Source: Chrysomallon squamiferum
Taxonomy: Eukaryota; Animalia; Mollusca
Reading direction: 5' to 3'
NCBI GenBank assembly: GCA_012295275.1
Contig: CM022668.1
Coordinates: 11,966,001-12,030,000 of the forward strand
DNA length: 64,000 bases
A model generated the notes under the pieces. The model searched no databases and was not told where the DNA came from. It saw only the letters and a list, made by a program, of their open reading frames with translations. Shown here one piece after another: positions 1 through 12,633 of this stretch; position 1 is the stretch's first letter; each line of letters starts with the position of its first letter. Position numbers and translations under genes: made by a program.

Positions 1-318
1 TTATTTATTTTTATTTATTTGATTTATTTATTATATATTTATTTATTATTATTTATTTTTATTTATTTTTATTTATTTGATTTTATTTTATTATATATAT
101 AATTATTATCATTTATTTTGATTTATTTGATTTATTTATTATTTATTTATTTCTTTATTTGTTTATTTATTTTATTTTATTTTATTTTATTTTATTTATT
201 GAGTTATTTATTTATTTATTTTATTTTACTTTATTTATTGAGTTATTTATTTACTTATTTATTTATTATTTATTTTTATTTATTTTATTTATTTACTTAT
301 TTATTTATTTATTTACAG

Positions 319-3300
319 ACAACTGGCTGAAGAACATGAGAAAAAATTACAAAAGCAGAAAGACGAGATGGAACAAGAGTTTGAACAGTACAAGATGAGC
401 TCTGAGAGTCGCATACGTTAGTGTTCTTATCTTCTCTTTCTTTTCTTCTTTCTCTCTCTTCTTCTTTTCCTTTCTTTCCTTCTTCCTACCTTTTAATCTT
501 TCTATTCCTTCTTTCTTTGTTCATTCTTTCATTTTTATTTATTTTCATCTGGCTTTTTCTTTTTTCCTTCGTTCCTTTTTTCTTTATTTTCATCTGTTTT
601 TTTTTTTTTTTCCTTCATTCCTTTTTTCTTTATTTTCTTTTCTTTCTTCTTTCCTTCTTTTCTTTCTTTCATCCTTCCTTCCTACCTTCCATCTTTCTTA
701 GCTTTATTTCTTTTGTTCGATGTGCTTTTTTCTCTTTTCCAGTTTCTTGTAAGTCACTTGCTTTCTCTGCCAATTAATAGCCACTAATAAATTTAAAAAA
801 AGATTCTTTTTTTTATGGTGCCATTAAACAAACTCTTGTTTTTAATTCTCTTTAGAAAAACTAGTACAAGACATTGAGTTCCTGCAAGGCGCCTTCGACT
901 CTTACAAGAGTTCACTGCAAGCGGAAATGGAAGAAAAATGGAAAGTGATGGAAAATGACTGGAAAACAAAGCACTCTGAAGAGAAGAAAACAGCAATGCA
1001 AGAACTTAGTATGTTTGTACTTAACGTCTTAGCATGTTTATACTTCATGTTTTAGTATCTTTATACTTCATTTTTTTAGTATGGTTATACTTTGTGTCTG
1101 AGTATGTTTATACTTTGTATCTTAGTATGTTTATACTTCATATCTTAGTATGTTTATACTTCACATCTTAGCATGTTTATACTTCGTGTCTTAGCATGTT
1201 TATACTTCATGTTTTAGTATCTTTATACTTCATTTTTTAGTATGGTTATACTTTGTGTCTTGAGTATGTTTATACTTTGTATCTTAGCATTTTATACTTC
1301 ATGTCTTAGTATCTTTATACTTCATTTTTTAGTATGGTTATACTTTGTGTTTGAGTATGTTTCTACTTCATGTCTTAGTATGTTTATACTTCATGTTTTA
1401 GTATGCTTATTATTCTTCATATCTTAGTATGTTTATACTTCATATTTTATGATTAATACTAATTTATTATTTCATACATATTTTGGTTCTAGGAAATAAA
1501 AAGATATATAGTTATATATATATATAAATAATTGCTGAAATTTCATAACATTATTTTGAAATCACATTTAAATTTATCATTCCAGTGTATCTGAAAAAAA
1601 ATATTTCAGACTTTTTCTTTATTAAAAATAATCATGTAAACGTATTTTGATGTAAGTATAACAGTACTTACCAGATAACTTCGTTTTGTAAGTATAACAG
1701 TACTTACCAGATAACTTCGTTTTGTAAGTATAACAGTACTTACCAGATAACTTCGTTTTGTAAGTATAACAGTACTTACCAGATAACTTCGTCTTGTTTT
1801 CAGGAATGAAGTTAGCCCAGGAGAGGAGCTCAGAAATTCTAAAGATAAGCAAGGAACAACACCAACATATTGATGCCCTACGCAAAGAACATAAAAAAGA
1901 AATCGAAGTAAGTCAAAAAAACAAAACATATCATTTGTATTTGCCGTAACCCTGTACTAGGCTGTTCATAAATGTTACATGATATGCTGGCAGTAATAGA
2001 AGTAAGTTGAAAAACAAACATTTCACTTGTGTTGGCCTTAATCCTATGATAGGCTGTTCGTAAATGTTATATGATATGCTGGCAGTAATAGAAGTAAGTT
2101 GAAAAACAAACATTTCACTTGTTTTGGCCTTAATACTATGGTAGGCTGTTTATAACTATTATATAATATGCTGGCAATAATAGAGGTAAGTTGAAAAACA
2201 AACATTTCACTTGTGTTGGCCTTAACCCTATGATAGGCTGTTCGTAAATGTTATATGATATGCTGGCAGTAATAACAGTAAGTTGAAAAAAAACATTTCA
2301 TTTGTTTTGGCCTTAACCCTATGGTAGGCTGTTTATAACTTTTATATAATATTACTGGCAATGCAGTGCTTTCCAGTAGACTTTTCTGATATTTCATGTT
2401 TATCTAATGTTTGGAAACTAGTGTATTGTAGACTGGGGTTTTTTTTGTTGTTGCTTTTTTTTTTGTTGTTTAATTGCTTCAGAAATAATAAATATTTGCT
2501 TAAAATACAACTAATTTGCAAGTACATAAATACTGCAGTATAAATAAAAATGAATCTTTAATTTGTTTAATATGAATGTATATGTGTGTGTGTGTGTGTG
2601 TGTGTATATTTTGTAGCTGTTTTAGTAATTATCTGTGTGTGTGTGTTTAAAGGTGTATGTGTATGTATGTATTTAAAGTGCGTATATATATATATATATA
2701 TATATATTTACTTACTTGTTTATATATATTTTATTTACTTTTTTATTTTTTTATTTATTAATTTATTTTTTATTTATTTATATGCTTATTTACTTATATT
2801 CCTGTTTTATTTATTTATTCATTTGTTTGTTTATTTATTTATTTATTTATTTATGTACATAACAGTATGTATGTACATAATCTGTGTTTTTATGTTATTT
2901 ATTAATATTTATAATTCCAGTCCATGCTGAGACGTTTTTCAAATGCTGCTTCAGACATTGAGCGATTGAAAAAAGTTACAGCTGAATTAGATGTAAGAGC
3001 AGAGGTTTTTTTTATTTTTTTGTTTATTAATATCAGCATTTTACAATCAATTTAATCATTTTACAGTTAATGTAACAACATTTTACAGTTAATGTCAGGA
3101 TTTTATTGTCAATATCATCATTTTACAATCAGTTTCATCATTTTACAGTTAATGTAACAACATTTTACAGTTAATATCAGCATTTTACAATCAATTTCAT
3201 CATTTTACAGTTAATGTAACAACATTTTACAGTTAATGTCAGGATTTTATTGTCAATATCAGCATTTTACAATCAGTTTCATCATTTTACAGTTAATGTA

Positions 3301-4680
3301 ACAACATTTTACAGTTAATAATCAGCATTTTACAATCAATTTCATCATTTTACAGTTAATATCAGCATTCTACAGTTAATATCCGCATTTTACAATTTCA
3401 TCATTTTACAGTAAATGTAACAACATTTCTATTAACATTTACAGTCAACATCAGCAATCAACATTTACAGTTAATTCCAGCATTATACAGCGATGGTTGT
3501 AGTAGTTGTTGCATAGACATGGTAGTAGCACAGTAGCTGTAGCTGTCGCAGAAATGCTAGTTATTGAGACTGTTGTCACCAAAGTTGTGTTTGTAGTAGT
3601 TTTTTGTCATGAAAATTGGTCGTTATAGTTGTTGTAGTAGGAGTAGTAGTACTGGCTGTAGTAGCTGTGATGGTGTTGCTGGTGGATGCTGTGTAATAAA
3701 TACAGTACAAAGTTGGGGTAGGGATACACAAAGATGTCAAATAAAAATTTCTAATTTGTTTGTTTTTTCTCAGGAAACTAAAATTGAACTGGAAGCATTG
3801 AAGATAAGATACAATGAGACATGTGAACAACTGGCTAATACAACCACCTTACTAGCTGAGGCAGTAAGTCACTTTACACAGTGTCTGCGTTGAGCAGTGT
3901 CACCTTTTCATACAACTGTTTGTTTGTTTGTTTGTGTTTGTTTGTTTGTTTGTTTGTTTGTTTGTTTATTTATTTTATTATTTATTTACTTATTTATTTA
4001 CTTATTTATTTACTCATTTATTTATTTATTTTATTATTTACTTATTTAATTACTTACTTGTTTATATATTTATTTATTTACTTTTTAGTTTTTATTTTCA
4101 TTTTATTAATTTTTTTTTTTTATTTATTTTTATTTATTTATTTTATTAATTTATTTAGTTTTTATTTTTTTTTGCTATTTATTTATTTTATTTTATTTTA
4201 TTTTTATTTATTTACTTGTTTATTTATATATATATTAATCTACATTTTCATTTTTTATTTTTTATTTTATTAATTTATTTTATATATATTTATTTATTTA
4301 TTTTATTTATTTATTTCATTTACTTATTTATTTACTTACTTATTTTATTATTTATTTATTTGCTTATTACTTTATTTTTATTTTTTTTTATTTTTTTTTT
4401 TTTATTTTTATTATTTTATTTATTAATTTATTTTATATTTATTTATATTTATTTATTTATTTATTTATTTATTTACATTTAATTTTACTCAAAACTGTAT
4501 TTGAAATTTCAGAAAATAACTATAATGGAGTATGAACAGAAGTTTGATGACAAAGTGCAGGCAGTAGATGACAAATACCGTCAGAGGTTAGACGATCTCA
4601 TGATGCAAAATGCGGAATTACGGTGAACACAGGATTTATTTTTTAATTGTGCACAATACACGGGCAATAATTAAGTTATA

Positions 4681-4751
<71 letters not shown>

Positions 4752-6181
4752 CATTTTTAATTTCCCTAAAAACACTAGAACTCTACAGACATATATACGA
4801 AAATAATTAGTTGATAAAAATTAATATTTCTTCTTTTCGTCTCTTTTTTAAGAAAAAAATTTAATTAAAAATTAAAAGTTCCTTTTGAAGAATAAAATTC
4901 TGAATATTGAAAATAAAATAAAAATGTATATCAGCTGTCTTCTAAAGGAAAAAAAAATTAAAGAAATCCAACATGTTGTTTTAACAAAGGTGCGCAGATT
5001 TATGTAAAACTATATTTTGTTTTTGGTTTTTACAGACGTTTGTTTGTGCAGAAATGTGGAGAACTTTATGATGAAAAGGTTTTGTCAGAGAGCGAATCCA
5101 TGAAAAGAGTCGAATCAGCCAAAGAAGCCATGACAGTAGGAAATTTAAAAATTACATTTCAAATATGTATTTGTCAATTCATTGTTTAGTTTAGATTTTT
5201 AATACTGTTGATAATTTTGTTTAGATTTTTAATAATGTTGATAATTTAGTTTAGATTTTTTGATATTGTTGATAATTTAGTTTAGATTATTAATATTGTT
5301 GATAATTTAGTTTAGATTTTTGATATTGTTGATAATTTAGTTTAGATTTTTAATATTGTTGATAATTCAGTTTAGCTTTTTTGATATTGTTGATAATTTA
5401 GTTTAGATTTTTAATATTGTTGATAATTTAGTTTAGATTTGAAATACTGTTGATAATTTAGTTTAGATTATTATTATTGTCAATAATTTAATTTAGATTT
5501 TTAATATTGTTGATAATTTAGTTTAGATTTTTATTATTGTCGATAACTTAGTTTAGATTTTTACTACTACTAGTTATTGCTGTTATTTTTTGTTATTTTT
5601 AATATTATTTTATGTTATTGTTATTATTTATTGTTATTGCTGTTATTATTATTGTTCTTTCTCTTCTTATTATTGTTATTAATGTTATTATTTTCATCAT
5701 TATTATATATTTGTTATTATTGTTATATTATTTATTATTATTATATTATTATTAGTAGTAGTAGTAGTAGTGGTGGTTGTGGTGATGGTGGTAGTAGTAG
5801 TAGTAGCAGCAGCAGCAATAGTAGTAGCAGCAGCAGCAGTAGTAGTAGTAGTAGTAGTAGTAGCAGTAGTTAATGTTATTTTTATCTCTGTTACAGGAAG
5901 TTATCAAGTCTAAAGAACGGGCAAACATAAACATGAGTGCACACATTCCGGAACTGGAAAAACTTGCACGCCAGCCGAAAACACGCCCGGGAAGTGCGCC
6001 AACCACGGTAAAGGAAACCTTCACAGCGCACCTTAGTGCTGGAGAAACAGACCACCTGCGTAAACAGAAAGAATTTATACGCCCCCCTCCTTTAGACATA
6101 ACAGAAGCCTCCCCCGAACTGGAGGCGTTACGAAGGGAACTCTTGTCACAAGAAGGTTTAATAAATTCGCTGAATACATAG
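319..6181 (+). CDS. FLACC1: FLACC1/ALS2CR12-like flagellum-associated coiled-coil protein, 5'-partial (last 8 coding exons)
   Basis: Phase-compatible GT-AG exons: 319-416, 856-1008, 1804-1907, 2921-2992, 3774-3863, 4513-4622, 5036-5135, 5897-6181 (TAG). The spliced protein is coiled-coil. FLQGAFDSYKSSLQAEMEEKW resembles recalled human FLACC1 YLKNMFRTYQDSIYDEMEEKW, and VDDKYRQRLDDLMMQNAELRR resembles TEEKYKHTIQILTEENIHLKQ. Gene model is solid; the name is from memory. Confidence 0.7.
1005..1445. repeat. Degenerate ~21-23 bp minisatellite (cttagtatgtttatacttcatgt-like)
   Basis: Many tandem units visible. The first unit overlaps the exon/intron junction at 1008/1009. Confidence 0.85.
1648..1791. 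repeat. 36-bp tandem repeat x4 (tttgtaagtataacagtacttaccagataacttcgt)
   Basis: Near-perfect units; explains the 12-aa periodic ORFs at 1606-1929 and 1622-1885. Confidence 0.9.
1925..2365. repeat. ~90-bp intronic tandem repeat, about 4-5 copies
   Basis: Recurring aacatttcacttgtgttggccttaa...ggctgtt...atgctggcagtaatagaagtaagttgaaaa. Confidence 0.85.
3030..3490. repeat. Degenerate ~20-bp minisatellite (cattttacagttaat core)
   Basis: Core recurs throughout the interval. Confidence 0.8.
5185..5562. repeat. ~31-bp tandem repeat (tttagtttagatttttaatattgttgataa), about 12 copies
   Basis: Directly visible tandem array in the last FLACC1-like intron. Confidence 0.9.
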
Positions 6182-6589
6182 CGACATTCATTTACGAAAA
6201 ACTAAAAATATTTTATTTTCGTTTTGTTGAAAAAGTAAAGTCGTTTTTCAAAAAACTGGTTTCAAAAACAAAAAAAATCAGTTAAAAATATTCTGATCAA
6301 AAATGAAAGGACGTTTTTTTTTTTTTTAAAAATGTTTTGAAAAATTTGCAGAAGTTTTATTTTCAAAACTAAGGTTTATAAAAGAAAAAGAAAAGTTTAT
6401 TTTTGATACTAAAATGACCATAGGTTATTTTTTGGGGGGTGAGAAATAAAGAAATGAAAAATAAAGTTTATTCATCTTTGAGATGAGAAATTTTTTTCAT
6501 TTTTTTAAAATCCTTAATTAACATTTTAAGAGAAAAACGAAGATTTATGTTAAGAAACAGGAAAAGAATTTGGTGAAATTCAAAGAATT

Positions 6590-7420
6590 ACTGATATGTT
6601 GAACTGAAGAACAACAATTTCATTGTTATTCTTATATGTTGAAATTGAAAACTGTCCATAGTTGAATTCAAGAATAACAGTGTTTCATTGTTACAACAAA
6701 TGTTGAAATTGAAAACCATCCAAAGCTGACTTCAAGAATAAAAGTTTTCATTGTTACAACACAGTTGAATTCAACAGAAAAATTATTTGTTTCAGATGAT
6801 GTTGAAATTCAGGCATTACAGTGTTTCATTTTAACAATAAGTGTTGAATTCAAGGATAAGTGTGTTTCACTTTTACTACAAATGTTGAAATTAAGAAGAA
6901 TCCATAGTTGAATTCAGCAATGTTTTATTGTTGTTTGTGATACCAGAATTCAAGTGTAACAATGTTTCATTTCTACCATAACTGTTGAAATTGAAAATAA
7001 TCCACAGTTTGAATTCAAGAGAAAAAGTATTACATTATAATTTGTGATGTTGAGATTTAAGTACAACAGTGTTTCATTTTTACCACAAAATGTTGAAACT
7101 GAAAACAATCCAGAGTTAAATTCATGTGTAACAATGTTTCATTTTGTAACCCTAAATGTTGAAATTCAAGTTTAAATGTTGAAAATTCAAAAGAATCAGT
7201 GTTTCATTGAAACTGAAAAAAAAATCCATAGTTGAATTCAACAATATTTCATTTGTTTCAGTAAATGTTGAAATCAACCAAATACATAATTGTTTAAAAA
7301 CTTACATATATTTTTTGCTGATTTCATACATACCATGTTTCATTGTTATCTAATACACAAAAATTTACCAGAATCCATAGTTGAATTGAAATGTAACAAT
7401 GTTGAAATTTAAAATAATTA
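6590..7420. repeat. Old degenerate repeat array (gttgaattcaa / tgtttcattg / tgttgaaatt cores) in the presumed FLACC1-like 3' UTR
   Basis: Recurring motifs with decayed periodicity. Confidence 0.6.
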
Positions 7421-8914
7421 ACAGTTAAACTTGCTCAGTGAAAATAGTCATATAATAATTTTTTTTTTTTTTTTTTCTAGAATCATTTATTTCATTTGTA
7501 ATGAAAATGTTGAAATTGGTTAACATCTTTGGTTAAATTTACGAACCAGTGTTTTCTATTAATATACAGAAGTTTCATCTGAATACTGTGGTCCACTTTA
7601 TTACAGTATAAGAATACTTAATTCCAGGTTTTCAAGAATATGTGAATGCTTAATGTTTCATTAGTGTTTCACTTAGTTTTTCATTGGACTAAAATCTGTT
7701 GCTTCTGTGTTTCATTGTTATGATGCTATATGAATACTTAAAGTTTCATTTGACTAAAATGTGTCCTCACTGTTTCATTATCACAAAAGTATAAAAATAT
7801 TTTGCTTCTCTCTTACAGTAAATGTAAGAATATTTGATATTTCAGTTTACTGTTTTGTCAATATTTCATTGTTGTAATACTTTATGAATACCAAAAACTG
7901 TAAATTTTTGTTTCAGTTGCTAAGAACAATGGTACTTATCAAAACTGGAAACATTAGTTGTTTCTTTTGCCCAAAGCAATGGTACTTAATAAAAATGGAA
8001 GTTCTTGTTGGTTCTGTAACCAGGAATAATGGCATTTTGCAGAGCTGTTATTGAAAAAAGAAAGAAAAACAAACAAACTTACTTCTTGCCCGATTTTCAA
8101 ACATAAATCTGCCAGATTTTTTTTTTTTTTTTAATATGAAGTTAAGATGTAGAATAATTTAAAATTGTAATTTTTTATTATTTTTATTTTTATTTTACTT
8201 ACTTAATTTTTTTTTCTAAACAGGTCAATTTCAGCTTACTATCTTCATATTTTTTTTATTATTTCTTTTATGTTAGGTTCAGTTTTAGTTAAATTAGTTT
8301 TTCTCAGCAGTATATTTTAAAAATATTTTGTCAGCTAATATATCAGTATTTAAAAGTTTAATTTCTGATTGTCTGTGTTCTAAAAATGTTTAATTTTCAT
8401 ATACATGTGTAATGTATTAATCTTTATCTTGCCAGTATCAAAAGGGTTGAAAGTTTTTGTGTAATGGTTTCAATTTAGTTTAGGAGAGGTTAAATTTGAA
8501 ATGGAATGTTTTAAACATTTAAAATCTTTCATGTAATTGTTGTTGTTTTTTCTGTCCATTTATAGACTAGGGTAGACTTAAAAAGTCATTTTCTTTTCTT
8601 TCTTAAACTTTAGAATGCATGTTTAGAACAAAATAATTTCAGTAATTTAAAATATTTATAAACATTATTATTATTATCATTATTATTATTATTAATTTGG
8701 ATAAAGCAGAATAAGGCTAAATTTATTTATTTATTTATTTATATTTTCTTAAAGTAATTCATCTCAAATCAGAAAATAATTTTTTATAATCTTTGAATTA
8801 TTAAAACTTAATTTTACTGAATAAAAATAAGTGTATATATTCAACTTAGAACTACTTTATTTACTATTATCTTTTTTTTTTTTCTTTTGAGACTTTTTAT
8901 TTATTATGTTTTAA

Positions 8915-8949
<35 letters not shown>

Positions 8950-9674
8950 CACTTTGTTAATATTTATTTATTTATTTTATCGACTTAAAAGCGTGAATTG
9001 AATAAAAAGGCAAAGAATTAAGGCATCATAGTATCTTAATGTCAAAATATGCTACACTTTACAAACTACATTCTTCTTGCTGACATTTATGATCAGAAAT
9101 AACAAGAACAATTTTGTACATAAAATATACAGTATTATACATTTGTTAATAAAATATTCTATTTTGAAAACTTGTTAATATATTTGTAAGATAAAATTGT
9201 TATTCATGTAAAATGTTGACTGTGATATTTTAGTATTCAATATATTAAAAAACTGAAAAAAAAAAATCTTGAGTAGTTTTTATGAAAAATAACATAAAAA
9301 ATAATAATAATAATAACCAATAATAAAACAAAAACAAAAAAAACATTAGTGTTATTATAAATATTAATCAATAGTAATTTCTGCAAAATGTATGTATGTG
9401 TATGTGTGTATGTGTGTGTATATATGTATTTTATTTTTTTTTTTTTTTAATAAGTTATTGATTGTAGGTCATTACAATTTTTAAGTGTTTTGTTAATAGT
9501 TTTTGTTATCCATTTTTGATTATCATTTGATATTCATCCAGTAATTCAACGCTTTGTTAACTTCTTATTTACAAATAAAATAAAATTTACAAAGGCAAAG
9601 ATTTCATTGTTTTTATTATTTTATTATATAGTGGTTCTAAAATTTTTTGGGGCACACTTGAAGCCTTACAAAAA

Positions 9675-10015
9675 ATGTTCACTGATAAATTTAGTTAGTC
9701 CTTGTGAGAGATGTTCAGATATATTTAGAGTTACTGCCCTTGTGTGAGAGATGTTCACATATATTTAGAGTTAATGCCCTTGTGTGAGAGATGTTTACCG
9801 ATGTATTTAGAGTTAATGCCCTTGTGAGAGATGTTCACCGATGTATTTAGAGTTAATGCCCTTGTGTGAGAGATGTTCACCGATGTATTTAGAGTTAATG
9901 CCCTTGTGTGAGAGATGTTCACCGATGTATTTAGAGTTAATGCCCTTGTGTGAGAGATGTTCACCGATGTATTTAGAGTTACTGCCCTTGTGTGAGATAC
10001 GTTCACTGATATATT
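9675..10015. repeat. 42-bp minisatellite, about 8 units (atgttcaccgatgtatttagagttaatgcccttgtgtgagag)
   Basis: 14-aa periodic ORFs (MYLELMPLCERCSP). Lies between the convergent 3' ends of the FLACC1-like gene and ARP3. Confidence 0.9.
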
Positions 10016-11611
10016 TTTTTGTTTTACATACATTATGTTCAAAACAAGAAAAAAAAGTTAAATAAATAAGTAAATTAATAAATGACCAGAAAATAAATAA
10101 ATTGCCCTTTACATGTATCTTTTTATTTTATTATGAAGCAAAGGTCATGGTTTAGCAACAAAACATATTTTATTTATATCTTTACCAAAAGGTACAAGAA
10201 ATTAAAATTTTGTTTAGAAAATATATTTATATTATTTTTTTTTACACCAAATGCTATATGTTTATGAGCAGCAATTAAAAAAAAAAAAAAAATCCTGAAT
10301 TAAGGATAATACAAATTAATATATATTTGCCTACTATAACTCGAATAAAGGAAAATTAAAAAAAAAAAAAACTGAAGTCATTTTTATAGAATGGTATAGT
10401 AAATGTTTATTACTGTTATGATACATTAATCAATTCGATCAGTTTTTCGAGTCTAATAAAAATATACAGACAAGCAATACAGAAATTAATTTGTTTGTTT
10501 TTTTCTTATATACATGAACGTTTACGACAAAACAGAAATTTACAAGACAAGATTAGTGATGATGATAATTATTTCTTACTTTATTACATATAGAAACTGT
10601 GAAATATGATGATTTTTATACCAGATAATTAACCAACAGACAAAAGAAAATAAAGAAATATGCCAGATATTTCTGAGAAAATAAACAGAACAAATATGAA
10701 TTTAATTTTTGTGTAAAATAAATTTAAGAAAGAAACATTAATTTTCCAGTTTACATAATTTAAGAAAGGAAAGAATACATGAATTTTATGTTTTATATAA
10801 TTTAAGAAAGATTAAAATATACCTATTATACTTTAGAATATTTAAGGAAAAGTAAAATACTATTTTTATAATGTTTTGATAAAAAGGTATATATATATAT
10901 ATATAAAAAAAAAAAGAAGATAAGAATAAACATACAGCAAAAGAAATAAAATAAAATAATTTTTACTTGAAATAATATATATGCACCATGTTTACTTTTC
11001 ACAATAATTTTTAGAAATAATTATTATCAAAAGCAGACATACATAAGCAATTGAAAGGCCCATTCATACACATAAACATTTTTCTTAAGTACTTAATAGA
11101 ATTTTCTCATGGTACAACAAGAGTTCTATGTATTCTGTCCCATTGTGAAATCTGTTTTTATTTTTAACTTCTTTAACATCCAACATTTAATTCTATTCAA
11201 GTGGTATTATTCAGTATAAATTACATATTAAAAAAATATGTATAACTTACACTTAACCTGCAATATCTACCTCTCAGTTTATCTAAATATTATTTTATTT
11301 TAATACAAGCTTTGCTGTATTTCTGCTAAATTTATTTCTATACTTCGTAATCAACAATAATAAAGAGGAAAAAAAAAAAATGTTCTGCATCTTTCAGATA
11401 TATATATACTTACTTACATATCAGTTGATGTAATTTTTATTTTTAAAGTAAATTCCATAATGTCTGATAAACTTTTTTTTTTAAAATAGATTTATTTGTT
11501 CATGTTTGCACCATCTTTCAGAATGAATTTGTTTGACAGCAATGTTAAGAGTAATGGTTACAAAAAGTCCTAAAAGACTGAGTCTTCAATGTTTATTTTT
11601 GCTGTATTTTT

Positions 11612-11963
11612 CTATGTAAGAGTGCCAAATACAGGGTTATGTCGACATATGCTGGGTCCATATTCGTCATAGTCAGCTTTTGTGTGACAGACTTGATAAA
11701 ACTCAGGCTGAAATTTAAAGTAAAACATAAAAAATTATGATGTGAGTAATCAAATTAAATATACTGAGAATAGATGTAATGATGAGGTAAATGTGAGAAA
11801 ATAAAATAAATAAATAAAATTATTAACTAAAATAAGTAATGTTTAAGAATAAATGAAATAGGAAATAACACTTTTAATATAGTTAAAATGAGATTGGATT
11901 TAATAAACATATGTGACAACAACAACAACAATAATAATAATTAATAATAACAATAATAATAAC

Positions 11964-12002
<39 letters not shown>

Positions 12003-12562
12003 TTAAAACCATTGCATTAATAATCCAATATTAAAAATGAATAACAACAGTAGCTATAAGCAAAATTACATTCTTCATAACTGCCATTTGTTTTAACGTA
12101 TTCATCTTTAAAATATAACAAAACCTTTGCTTAACAATTAACCACAAATCGCAACAGGATAAAATTAAAACTGATTTAACCTGACATATCTGATTAAAGA
12201 TTTTCAGCAAGACTATTAACAAACACAACCTTCCTTCCAGATAATGTTACAGTCCATAATTTTTTTTTATTTTTTTTTTTTTTTGAAAATACAATGTTAA
12301 AGGGCACCATTTTTTAAAATTATTATATGTTTTGAAGATACCATATCTTATATCTTAGGTTAAATTAAAAACTGTAGAAGGGAAATGTAAAAGTAAATAT
12401 ATTTACTGTTGAGGCCAACATGCTACCTCCAAACCAGACTGCATATCTCTGCATGTGATGTGTAACCACAGAACATTCTATTGGCTTAGGCTGAAATGAA
12501 GAACAGATTACACATATATAATCATAATTAGCAACAAAAATAGAGAAAATCATATTATATAT

Positions 12563-12633
<71 letters not shown>

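Noticed and set aside
9675-10015. 42-bp (and 36-bp, 67-bp) arrays as CRISPR arrays or repeat-protein/zinc-finger ORFs
   Set aside because: Head-to-tail units without unique spacers, eukaryotic context, no cas genes; the Cys/His periodicity is not a C2H2 pattern.
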